This document shows positions 20,082 through 29,228 of a stretch of 64,000 nucleotides of DNA, piece after piece. The notes beneath the pieces were generated by a model. That model did not search any database. It saw only the letters and a list, made by a program, of their open reading frames with translations, and was not told where the DNA came from. Source of the DNA: a virus; IMG/VR virus record IMGVR_UViG_3300005805_000042; one strand, given 5' to 3'. The stretch's first letter is position 1. Each line of letters begins with the position of its first letter. The position numbers and the translations under genes are program-made.

Positions 20082-20477
20082 ATGGAACTTATTTTACCCT
20101 CAAAGATTACATTAAAATCTAGTGATGTTCATGGATTAGGTATCTTTGCAACAAAAAAAATAAAAAAAGGTGAAGTCATCGAAGAGAGCCCAATCATGAG
20201 ACTACCTATCGAGCCAGGAGAGAGTAGTCCTTTGTTTTCAAACTATCGATTTGCATGGCCTAAAGGAGAAGGATGGCATAGTCATGTTGTGGCTATGGGA
20301 TACGCATCGTATTACAACCACTCGGATAACCCAAATGCTGAATGGAACAACAATTTAGAAAACATGACTTTTATGTTTACCGCCCTTACGGACATCAAAC
20401 CTGGTGAGGAAATCTTTGTTTACTACGGACCAGAAACTTACTGGTTTGACGAGCAAACGAAGGTTGAAGGAAAATAA
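20082..20477 (+). CDS. SET-domain protein-lysine methyltransferase
   Basis: SET motifs HGLGIFA, YNHSDNPN, IKPGEEIFVYYG. Confidence 0.9.
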   Translation: MELILPSKITLKSSDVHGLGIFATKKIKKGEVIEESPIMRLPIEPGESSPLFSNYRFAWPKGEGWHSHVVAMGYASYYNHSDNPNAEWNNNLENMTFMFTALTDIKPGEEIFVYYGPETYWFDEQTKVEGK

Positions 20478-22231
20478 TGTCAGTTGGACTAACAATAGAA
20501 TCCAAAGCCATCTCCATATTGGAGAACTACTCGGGGGCTAACAACTATATCTTGGGGTTAAAAGTCAAACTTGACAAAAACTCCAAGTTTTATCCTACGC
20601 GTAGTCAATCAGAATACATCATTAATAATCATTCTAAGACCCCACTTGTAGCAAAGAAGTGGGTTGTCTTGGATTCTTATTTTGCTAATAAGATTGCCGA
20701 TGAGAGATTAATGATGACAATTCCCGAAAAGATTTGGATTGAAAAATTGTTGGCAGAAAAAGATAAAGCCTACCACATTTGGGGTAAATTCTCTGAGGAA
20801 GACCCCTTGACGGAGATGTGGATTCCTAAAGTAGCAATTATCAAAGATAACAAAGTTGAAATTGCCGAAGTTGATTACACAAAATATTCACATCGTCCTC
20901 CCCTTGAACACCAAAAGGTTGCCATCGAAGAACTCCTTAAAAATAAGAAGTACATCTTGGCGGATGATATGGGTTTGGGAAAAACTACCTCGACAATTAT
21001 CGCATCATTAGAAATGGGGGTAAAAAAGATTTTGATAATCTGTCCCGCCTCTCTGAAAATTAATTGGCAAAGAGAATATCAACTCTACTCTGAAAAAACA
21101 AGTTATGTCTGTGAGGGCAAAAACTACTCTGAAGAATCTGATATTGTGATAATGAATTACGACATTATCAAAAATTTCCACGATTCAAAAGACAGAAAGA
21201 ACTCGATAATTATGAAGTCCAATTTCGATTTAGTTATCATCGATGAGGCACACTATATTCAAAATGTACAAGCTCAAAGAACCAAACTAATCAACGACTT
21301 GGTTAGAGACATCGACCGATTGTGGTTATTAACGGGAACCCCTATGACCTCTCGACCAATTAACTATTTCAATCTTTTGTCGTTGGTTGATTCCCCCGTT
21401 GCCAAAAATTGGATGGCGTATGTTGTTAGATATTGTTCGGGATATCAGTTTAGGGTTGGTCCAAGAAAAGTTTGGAATGTAATGGGTGCGTCCAACTTGG
21501 AAGAATTAAGAGACCGAACCGGTGCAACTGTCCTTAGAAGATTAAAAGAAGATGTATTGGACTTACCTGAAAAAATTATCACTCCTGTATACCTTCGCCT
21601 TCGTTCGAAACTTTACGAAGAGGTTATGGGAGATTATTATAATTGGTATGAAAAAAATCCTGAGGAAAGTAAAAACCTTTCAATTCAGTTCACCAAACTA
21701 ACTCAGGTAAGACAGGTAATTGCTGAGGAAAAAACTCAACACACAATTGAACTTGCGGAAAACATTGTGGAACAAGGGAAAAAAGTTATCATCTTTTGTA
21801 ATTTCACCAAGTCACTTGAAACAATCGTTAATCACTTTGGTAAAAGTGCTGTGAGGTTAGATGGTTCGATGAATAAGACCCAAAGACAGGATTCCGTAGA
21901 TAGGTTTCAAGAAGATGATAATGTAAAAGTGTTTGTTGGTAACATCAAGGCTGCTGGCGTGGGAATTACCCTAACCGCAGCCGAAGCTGTAATTATGAAT
22001 GACCTTTCATTTCTTCCTTCAGACCACAGTCAGTCAGAAGATAGGGCATACAGATACGGACAAAAAAATAATGTTTTGGTGTACTACCCAATTTTCGAAA
22101 ACACAATCGAGGGTATCATCTACGACATATTAAACAATAAAAAAAGAATAATAGCTACAGTTATGGGTGATACTTCGGATGAGACAAATATTGTTGAAGA
22201 AATTTTAAAGAGTATAAATCAAAGGAGATAA
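20477..22231 (+). CDS. SNF2/SWI2-family helicase-like ATPase
   Basis: LADDMGLGKT, IIDEAH, LTGTP, AAGVGITL, QSEDRAYRYGQ. Confidence 0.92.
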   Translation: MSVGLTIESKAISILENYSGANNYILGLKVKLDKNSKFYPTRSQSEYIINNHSKTPLVAKKWVVLDSYFANKIADERLMMTIPEKIWIEKLLAEKDKAYHIWGKFSEEDPLTEMWIPKVAIIKDNKVEIAEVDYTKYSHRPPLEHQKVAIEELLKNKKYILADDMGLGKTTSTIIASLEMGVKKILIICPASLKINWQREYQLYSEKTSYVCEGKNYSEESDIVIMNYDIIKNFHDSKDRKNSIIMKSNFDLVIIDEAHYIQNVQAQRTKLINDLVRDIDRLWLLTGTPMTSRPINYFNLLSLVDSPVAKNWMAYVVRYCSGYQFRVGPRKVWNVMGASNLEELRDRTGATVLRRLKEDVLDLPEKIITPVYLRLRSKLYEEVMGDYYNWYEKNPEESKNLSIQFTKLTQVRQVIAEEKTQHTIELAENIVEQGKKVIIFCNFTKSLETIVNHFGKSAVRLDGSMNKTQRQDSVDRFQEDDNVKVFVGNIKAAGVGITLTAAEAVIMNDLSFLPSDHSQSEDRAYRYGQKNNVLVYYPIFENTIEGIIYDILNNKKRIIATVMGDTSDETNIVEEILKSINQRR

Positions 22232-22271
22232 TCGGTAGTTGTCTATTATTTATAGAAAAATAATATAGACC

Positions 22272-23798
22272 ATGCAACACATACAAGAATCGGTAGAGAA
22301 GATTGAAAAACAAATTCTTCACGAACAAAAAAGAGAACAAGCCAAAGAACTTTTACAAGAAGGAAAAAAAATCGGAATAGAAAAATTACCCTACAGTTAC
22401 TCTGCGGTAAAAAGATTCATAGATTCCGAAACCATGAATGTCCACTACAACAAACACTACAAAGGTTATGTGGATAAACTCAACAACTTATTGTCAAAGA
22501 GAAAGGGAGACCATGACCTCGAAAAAATAATCAGAGGTATTTCAAAATACCCTAAAGGAGTAAGAGATAACGCAGGGGGTGCATTTAACCACGCTCTTTT
22601 TTGGAATATGTTATCCCCCCAACCACAAAGAATCGGTAAAGAGTTACTTCAACAAATTAAAAAAGATTTTGGAACATTCGAGAAGTTTAAAAAACAATTC
22701 GAAGAAGTTGCCATACAAAGATTCGGTTCAGGATGGGTGTGGTTAATCCTTACCAACAAAGGAACCCTAAAGATAATGTCAACTCCCAATCAAGATAATC
22801 CATTGATGAATGTAATTGAAGGCGGCGGATATCCAATTTTGGGCTTAGATTTGTGGGAACATGCATACTACCTCAAATACAAAAACAAAAGAGATGAGTA
22901 TATCAAAAACTTTTGGACCGTGGTCAATTGGGACTTTGTGGGAGATATGTATACACTCAAAACACAAACCAAGTTATTGGAGTCACAAGAAATGGGTAAG
23001 ATACTAATGGAAACAAAATCAGAATCGTGTACAAGGGGGGAAGTAGAATTCTTCAGAGTGTTGTTCAACAACAACCTACGCGCAAGAGACATCTATAAGA
23101 ATACAATTAATGATATTCTTAGAAACCTCTTTGCTGACAACTACCACAACAAAAGGGAGAATGGTGAAATACCTGGGGTTTACGATTTAGAAAAACCGGG
23201 TCGTAGTGTCATTAATTATATGAACACTAACTATTCCGTCTTTTGTATTATGGTAAGAGATTTAAATAGAGTGATTACCAAGTCACTCAAGGAAAAATCT
23301 GTAAACTTCGAAGGGAAGACCCCTGCAGAACAAATCACAGAAATGAAAAGACTCTGTAATTACATCGAACAATTCAGTTCAAGAATTTTTGACCCAAACA
23401 GTCAAACATTCCATTCTATTATGAATACCCTCAAAGAGAAGGATAATGTTGGTACCCGTAGAGAAAATATGGCACAGGTTCGTCTTCAAGAGAGTATTCC
23501 AAACGCTAAGGTAATTGTGACAGCAGGTGCTGGAAAAACCAAAGACGCAATTCAAAAAATAGACATGGAAATAGTTGTCGAAAACTCGAAACTTACTGCA
23601 CAGGTAAAAGGGTTCGATGAGATTTTGGAACAAAACGGTCGTTTGGTTGTGACCAAGACTGGTGAAGTCGCAAAATACAATGTTGATTGGATGGTATTTG
23701 TTAAGGGTAAAAAAGTGGTTGTCTTTGAAAACAAAGGTGAAATTGTCATGGGAAACTATGTTTTTGAGAAAACACAAATGATATACGATTTGAGATAA
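22272..23798 (+). CDS. sodA: Fe/Mn superoxide dismutase (Mn-type signature) fused to a ~270 aa C-terminal domain
   Basis: LPYSY, HYNKH, NAGGAFNHALFW, RFGSGWVWL, TPNQDNP, LDLWEHAYY with all four metal ligands present; ORF continues well past the SOD end (NWDFV). Confidence 0.85.
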   Translation: MQHIQESVEKIEKQILHEQKREQAKELLQEGKKIGIEKLPYSYSAVKRFIDSETMNVHYNKHYKGYVDKLNNLLSKRKGDHDLEKIIRGISKYPKGVRDNAGGAFNHALFWNMLSPQPQRIGKELLQQIKKDFGTFEKFKKQFEEVAIQRFGSGWVWLILTNKGTLKIMSTPNQDNPLMNVIEGGGYPILGLDLWEHAYYLKYKNKRDEYIKNFWTVVNWDFVGDMYTLKTQTKLLESQEMGKILMETKSESCTRGEVEFFRVLFNNNLRARDIYKNTINDILRNLFADNYHNKRENGEIPGVYDLEKPGRSVINYMNTNYSVFCIMVRDLNRVITKSLKEKSVNFEGKTPAEQITEMKRLCNYIEQFSSRIFDPNSQTFHSIMNTLKEKDNVGTRRENMAQVRLQESIPNAKVIVTAGAGKTKDAIQKIDMEIVVENSKLTAQVKGFDEILEQNGRLVVTKTGEVAKYNVDWMVFVKGKKVVVFENKGEIVMGNYVFEKTQMIYDLR

Positions 23799-23815
23799 TC
23801 GCGGTATTTATAGGT

Positions 23816-24934
23816 ATGGCTGTATTACCTGAACCCGAAAGAAGTAGAATTTATACACGACTTCGTCACCAACTTGGTGCCCCTCTGAGAGCTGTAGAAC
23901 TTGAAGATGAAATGTTGGACTCCTTGATGGAATTATCCATTCAAGACTATGAACAATATACTTTGGATTGGCTTATTGAATCTAACTGGGTTAATTTGGT
24001 TAACCTAAATATGAACGAGAAATCAGTGGCTAGAGCTTTGGTTACCCGTACTTTTAATTTAGAAGACCAATTTACATATGCATACTCTAAGATTGTGGGT
24101 TTACAAACTACAGGTCCTTATGTGTTGAAAAAGGATTATTTTGTGTTAAGTGCTAACACCCAATCATACGAAATACCTGCAGGTAGAGAAATAAATGAGT
24201 TACTATGGTTTTCGAATCAACCTTTTCAGAACTTAGCTCTTTTTGGTACAACTGATTATGGGTTTGGTGGTTTGGGATTAGGAGCAAACCAAGCGGGATA
24301 CGCTCAAATTGGAAATGCGGGTTCTTATTTTATGCTAAGTGGCTTTGATTATCTACTTCGATTCCAAGAGGCAAATATTCTAAATAGAATTTTGGGTGGG
24401 GCGTTGACTTACAAAATTACGGGATTACCTGATGGTAAAAGATTAGTGACCCTCTACAACGCACCTGGTTCAAACTTTTCGTTTAGTAATTATTCCTCTT
24501 ACACCGGCAAAGCTGTTTGGTATTGGTATTATGATGTTGATGGGGACAGTCGTGCACAATGTATAAAAGACAATCCTGACATTATCAAATTACCGTCTGA
24601 TGTTCCAATCGAAGAACTTTCTTGGGAAGACTTAAATGTGCCAGCGCAACAATGGGTCAGAAAGTGGTTTACCGCATATTCTAAAGAAACATTATCAAGA
24701 GTTAGAGGAAAATATTCAGGAAATCTTAAAACACCTGACTCAGAGCTTCAAATGGACTATCAGTCGTTGGCTACGGAGTCCAAGGATGAAAAATCTAAAT
24801 TAGAAGAAGAATTGAAACTAAGGTTAGAAAGACTACGCCCTGAAAAACAAATGGAAAAAGAAGCACTATTGGCAGAAAATCTCAACAAACAAATGAAGTT
24901 TAGAGCAATGCCAAGACAAATCTATGTTGTTTAA
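23816..24934 (+). CDS. Neck protein (T4 gp13-like)
   Basis: QLGAPLRAVELEDEMLD at the N-terminus; TATTTAT motif directly upstream. Confidence 0.65.
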   Translation: MAVLPEPERSRIYTRLRHQLGAPLRAVELEDEMLDSLMELSIQDYEQYTLDWLIESNWVNLVNLNMNEKSVARALVTRTFNLEDQFTYAYSKIVGLQTTGPYVLKKDYFVLSANTQSYEIPAGREINELLWFSNQPFQNLALFGTTDYGFGGLGLGANQAGYAQIGNAGSYFMLSGFDYLLRFQEANILNRILGGALTYKITGLPDGKRLVTLYNAPGSNFSFSNYSSYTGKAVWYWYYDVDGDSRAQCIKDNPDIIKLPSDVPIEELSWEDLNVPAQQWVRKWFTAYSKETLSRVRGKYSGNLKTPDSELQMDYQSLATESKDEKSKLEEELKLRLERLRPEKQMEKEALLAENLNKQMKFRAMPRQIYVV

Positions 24935-24935
24935 T

Positions 24936-25313
24936 ATGGAAAACAGAGACCGTCTTAAATCAATTTTTGATTATCTTTTTAAATCGATAGATACCAATTT
25001 CAAAATAGTTGATACTAAACTATTTTTAACCCTCACCAAAGCAGGTGAGTTAGTTGCATATACTTTTGTGATAAAAACAACTCAAGATTTTGATGGTGTT
25101 GAATACCAACAAATGGCAAAAGACTTGGATGAGGCCGAAAACACATTGTCCGAAATTTTTTCCAAGAATATAATTACTAAAAATCTCAAAATGTCGAATT
25201 CTCAAAATTATCCTAACCTTTGGGTTGGAATTCTTATTAATAAGTTAAACGCAGATAATGTAAAAGGTCGTATGGATACTGAGTGGGAAATATATGTAGA
25301 TTTAAACGAATAA
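24936..25313 (+). CDS. Hypothetical protein
   Basis: Open frame filling the gap after the neck gene; second ATG preferred. Confidence 0.55.
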   Translation: MENRDRLKSIFDYLFKSIDTNFKIVDTKLFLTLTKAGELVAYTFVIKTTQDFDGVEYQQMAKDLDEAENTLSEIFSKNIITKNLKMSNSQNYPNLWVGILINKLNADNVKGRMDTEWEIYVDLNE

Positions 25314-25320
25314 ATAAGTT

Positions 25321-25656
25321 ATGTCAGTAATAAAAAACACACCCTCACAAAGAGTTATCAATGGAAAAATGATAACTACATCTGAAACAGCAGTGGTTTC
25401 TGAGCCGTTTTATGAAACACACGGAGAAGCTTGTATTGTCATCCGTGGTGTACCTCAAGCAAAAGTCCGTTTGGATAGTATGTCTACCGACCATACAGTA
25501 ATCAAAGCGATGACAAAAGTTCTTATTGTTCCCGATATCGGCAGAATCGATGAAGATTACGATGAACTTTTAATTGAAAGAGGTGCTTGCGTAGAATTTA
25601 GATTCTGTGCCGGTGTGTGGTATATTATATCCTCTGACGGACTCAAGCAGTCTTAA
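25321..25656 (+). CDS. Hypothetical protein, predicted beta-rich, possibly structural
   Basis: 111 aa ORF ending GACVEFRFCAGVWYIISSDG. Confidence 0.6.
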   Translation: MSVIKNTPSQRVINGKMITTSETAVVSEPFYETHGEACIVIRGVPQAKVRLDSMSTDHTVIKAMTKVLIVPDIGRIDEDYDELLIERGACVEFRFCAGVWYIISSDGLKQS

Positions 25657-25930
25657 GTGGGATATTTTTCAAGTCTCTAATCTTTATTGTCCTTAAATTG
25701 GTTGTACCCTCGGCCAATTTGACGAACACACCTTGGTTTGCCAAGAATTCAAAAACATAAAAAAGGTAATCTGCAAGTACCAAGTCAGGTCGAGTGACCG
25801 ATACTCCAATATGTTCGGGAGAATACTCTCGGGTGGGACGACCAACTTGTTTATCACTACCACGACGGATAATCCAAAAATCAGCCGCGGGATTGTCAAT
25901 GTTGAGGTTAACTATGTCTTTCAGTTTCAT
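25643..25930 (-). CDS. Stand-alone mini-protein resembling a type I R-M specificity (HsdS) target recognition domain
   Basis: MKLKDIV...LADYLFYVFEFLANQGVFVKLAEGTTNLRTIKIRDLKNIPL resembles the TRD C-terminal pattern YL-x-Y...GTT...I...L-x-N-I-x-L; start moved to MKLKD. Confidence 0.5.
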   Translation of the reverse strand: MKLKDIVNLNIDNPAADFWIIRRGSDKQVGRPTREYSPEHIGVSVTRPDLVLADYLFYVFEFLANQGVFVKLAEGTTNLRTIKIRDLKNIPLKTA

Positions 25931-28709
25931 AGTTGTAAATATACTGCTCCCAACCTTCTTCGGCAAAATCATAGATATAATTTTCAGAAAGACCTCTCTT
26001 TTCCCAATATCTTATCTCACCATCAGATAAAGTCATTACCTCATCCAATTCGTCTTGGTCACCAAGACCCATAGGGTATCCGTTAATTAACTCACATTGT
26101 GTGTGGGTGAATATACCCATATCCTCAGGATTATTTACAATCAATTCCTTGCGAACTTCATCCTTAAAACAAACCAAAAGAGGTTCAATTCTTTTGTTAA
26201 ATGTTGTAACAGCTCGAGCTACATTGTAATCCCCCGTCATCTCAGGATTGTTTTCGAGGTCATCAGGATTTAGAATATAACAATTAAGGTTAATGTAAGA
26301 GGCAACATCTTGAAGAACCTCACCCGTTTTTTCAAAGATTCGTTTCTTTTGAAGGTCGGAGTACTTCTTAGCAGGAACCTTTTGAACATCACCATGAGAT
26401 GCTTTCTCACCGTTGTTAACATACATAATCAAATCCCCCAAGTTTACATTCATTTTATGGTGAATGGCAAGTTCCATATGTGCTTGACGGGACATTAAAG
26501 ACCCCGCTTTTGTGGTCTGTGTACACCGAAACTTGTAATCCTCAAGGGTCTGTTTAACTTTTGCTTTCTGAGCAATTTGAGCAAGAGGAATCTGTTGGTT
26601 GTAAATCTTCTCTAAGTATTCATAGTAGTAATCCACAAACTCCTTACCATTACCCTCCAATAACATCTTGATACCTTTGTCCAAGAATTTTTCGATGTAA
26701 CCGGGAAGTTTCTTAGATTTAATGGAATTACCTGTAAGTTTAATTTTTCCCTTATAATCCATAACCGCATAGTTCTTACGAGCAAGGTTAATACACGATG
26801 GCCATACACCATCGGTATCCAAAGCCATTTCCCCCCTCATAAAGATGTCATTGTATTCTGCAACATCCGCTTCAGGACCCTCATAGACCTTACCAAGTTT
26901 TACCTTCCAATTTAATCCACGACCAACATAACTGCGAGACTTTGCACCCTCAGGTAGGGAAAAGTTCACACCGTCCGTATCCATCACAAGGGGGGTGTAA
27001 CCACGAGCCATAAAGAACTTAATCATTTGACGAAGATATTGACGACCAGTACAGGTGATTTGCTCACCCATATACATGTCCCCCCATGCAAATACCTGTG
27101 GAGCAGAGAGTGCGCCGAACATAGAGTTAATAAAGATTTTGATAGGGAGTTGTTTGTTTCCGTATGATTCAGATTTCTTTCGGTCGGTTTCGTAAAATTC
27201 CTCAGCGAGTTCTTTGTATTTGATACGAGTGTCACGGAAATACTTTAACATACCTTTCATCGCTCCTGTTACATCACACTCAGGAAAAACATCATGTACG
27301 AGTTGAATAGAGGGGTACAGAGACGAGAAGTCGAGTTTAAGGACATCCTTTGAATATCCGACCTTTAAGAGTCGTGAGAGACCTCCTACAAAGTCTGTCT
27401 TACCTTGTTTGGCGGGAATTGCGAGATTGTTTTTATAACTCCATGCAAGCATTAACATTTTCCATAGAGTAGCGGTACCCATAGTAGATACCCTCTCATA
27501 AGTTGTGGGAATCATCGAGGCAAGAAGAAAAGAACCCTGATTGAATTCCTTATCAACCTTTAAAGTTTCTTCCAAGTCATCTTGGAGGTATCTCTCGACA
27601 ATATCGACACCGTTGGTAAGTAAATAAGTGTCAGGGAATTTTACATCCAAATCCACAAAATCACCTTTTTTACGATATTCGCCAGTTTTCAAGTTCAACC
27701 AATACTCATGGTTTTCAGTGTACATCTTTCCAATACTGTCGTGATTAATGTACACTCGGTCCGCTTCCTTAGCATTGATAAACTCAGAAATATACTTAAG
27801 ACCCGCACTTTTGATTGATGAGTTAATTGCCTGCGCTCGTCTAACAGCATGGATAATGTCAATTACATTATAACCCCAAATAGAGGTTTGCATAAAATCC
27901 TCAATCTCGTTTGCTAACTTTAACATATTTTTCTTTTGAGAAATGGAATGTTGGGGGTGAAGTGACTTACAAACCTTCCTTATATCAATCCCCAAAATAC
28001 GAGACCTCTCAAACAACCAATACCAGTCGAAGTTAGCTGAGTTGTAACCCCCAATGATACTAGGTTTTAACTGGTTAATGATATTGAAAAACTCAACAAT
28101 ACCTTTAACCTCATCTTCTTCGTTGACACACTCAATTATCTTGTTAAATCCGGTGTTGGTCCTAATACCAATCATAAAGATTCTACCATCTTTAGGTTCA
28201 AGTGAGGTTGTCTCTAAGTCATATACAAGTCGAGTTACCTCGTCATAGTCTTCATAACCCTTAAAGAGTCGTTTTTCTTTTGAGATAAAGTATTGCTCAA
28301 CGGGGGGGAGAATAAGAATTTTATCACGGAACTTCTCACCCCATGGGTCAGCACCCCCTTCTCGAAAAAATTGAATAAGATGACGATAACCCTTAAGGGA
28401 TTTAACTATAAAGGTTAACCCTTTTTCCATACGAGGGTCACCGTGGGTATCGAGTTTCTCGATAACAATACCATGTTTGGTCATTGCTTCTTTCTGTAAC
28501 CCTTTCGAGTTTTGATAAAAACCCATGTTATGAAGGTCACCTACCCAACAAAATGGAATGAATGTATCCTTACGGATTTCTTTTCCTTTTCCAGGTATTT
28601 CTTTAATTTTGTAAATGGAATCAGATGCGTAGTCAAATTCTACGGCTACGATAAATTCTTCAGGGTCATTACCCTCCAAAAATGACTTGATAACTTCTTC
28701 GTCAATCAT
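25908..28709 (-). CDS. DNA polymerase, family B, with proofreading exonuclease
   Basis: Exo motifs YDLETT, GYNSANFD, YLQDD; polymerase motifs LDFSSLYPS, KIFINSMFG, MDTDG; start moved to MIDEE. Confidence 0.95.
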   Translation of the reverse strand: MIDEEVIKSFLEGNDPEEFIVAVEFDYASDSIYKIKEIPGKGKEIRKDTFIPFCWVGDLHNMGFYQNSKGLQKEAMTKHGIVIEKLDTHGDPRMEKGLTFIVKSLKGYRHLIQFFREGGADPWGEKFRDKILILPPVEQYFISKEKRLFKGYEDYDEVTRLVYDLETTSLEPKDGRIFMIGIRTNTGFNKIIECVNEEDEVKGIVEFFNIINQLKPSIIGGYNSANFDWYWLFERSRILGIDIRKVCKSLHPQHSISQKKNMLKLANEIEDFMQTSIWGYNVIDIIHAVRRAQAINSSIKSAGLKYISEFINAKEADRVYINHDSIGKMYTENHEYWLNLKTGEYRKKGDFVDLDVKFPDTYLLTNGVDIVERYLQDDLEETLKVDKEFNQGSFLLASMIPTTYERVSTMGTATLWKMLMLAWSYKNNLAIPAKQGKTDFVGGLSRLLKVGYSKDVLKLDFSSLYPSIQLVHDVFPECDVTGAMKGMLKYFRDTRIKYKELAEEFYETDRKKSESYGNKQLPIKIFINSMFGALSAPQVFAWGDMYMGEQITCTGRQYLRQMIKFFMARGYTPLVMDTDGVNFSLPEGAKSRSYVGRGLNWKVKLGKVYEGPEADVAEYNDIFMRGEMALDTDGVWPSCINLARKNYAVMDYKGKIKLTGNSIKSKKLPGYIEKFLDKGIKMLLEGNGKEFVDYYYEYLEKIYNQQIPLAQIAQKAKVKQTLEDYKFRCTQTTKAGSLMSRQAHMELAIHHKMNVNLGDLIMYVNNGEKASHGDVQKVPAKKYSDLQKKRIFEKTGEVLQDVASYINLNCYILNPDDLENNPEMTGDYNVARAVTTFNKRIEPLLVCFKDEVRKELIVNNPEDMGIFTHTQCELINGYPMGLGDQDELDEVMTLSDGEIRYWEKRGLSENYIYDFAEEGWEQYIYNYETERHS

Positions 28710-28778
28710 ATTTTCAATTTTTACCGAGTGACACATTATCTTCCACAACTAAGTGGAGTTTGTCTTACTCATTCATCG

Positions 28779-28811
28779 ATAAATATAAAAAACCCGAATT
28801 GGGTTGTCAAA
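28779..28811 (-). promoter_or_regulatory. Candidate host-RNAP promoter for the polymerase with an embedded terminator hairpin
   Basis: Minus strand TTTGACA-ACCCAATTCGGGTTTTT-TATATTTA reads as TTGACA-N17-TATATT or as TTTG-N20-TAnnTTT(A); hairpin AACCC-AATTC-GGGTT-TTTT lies in the spacer. Confidence 0.6.
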
Positions 28812-29210
28812 CTAACAACAAGCTTGTTCCGAAATAAAACTATCTTCGATATTGATATAGAGTTCCTCACGGATGGGGACAATCAAACTTCCTTGTTGAG
28901 TACCGAGTAATCCACTGTTCTTAATTAAGAATTGTCCTTGATATCTCCCAGGGGTATCGGTTTGTCTTGAGGTAAACTGATAATAGATATAGTATTCTGT
29001 TGGTGCACCTGGTTCACTTGGTATTAAACTCACAATAGAACATGGTGCTCCCACAATTTTAGGAATTCCTGTTTTTACATCAACCATTGAAAAGAATATG
29101 GTGGCGAGTTCTAATAACTCCATAGTATCACCATAGGTACTTCTACCGTCTTGAACAACCTGCATTTTTAAAACTGGCAAAGTTGCATTTTTCCTGATAA
29201 AGAATTCCAT
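28812..29210 (-). CDS. BppU N-terminal-like (Ig-fold) structural adaptor protein
   Basis: FIRKNATLP...YYQFTSRQTDTPGRYQGQFLI pattern; TATTTAT upstream. Confidence 0.5.
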   Translation of the reverse strand: MEFFIRKNATLPVLKMQVVQDGRSTYGDTMELLELATIFFSMVDVKTGIPKIVGAPCSIVSLIPSEPGAPTEYYIYYQFTSRQTDTPGRYQGQFLIKNSGLLGTQQGSLIVPIREELYINIEDSFISEQACC

Positions 29211-29228
29211 ACAAAGATAAATACTTTG

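Noticed and set aside
25693-26812. Alternative-frame ORFs overlapping the PolB 3' end
   Set aside because: They overlap well-supported genes and have no motifs or initiation context
25908-28709. Intein or intron in PolB
   Set aside because: All exonuclease and polymerase motifs are present in order at ordinary spacing; no Cys/Ser...His-Asn splice junctions or LAGLIDADG block noticed
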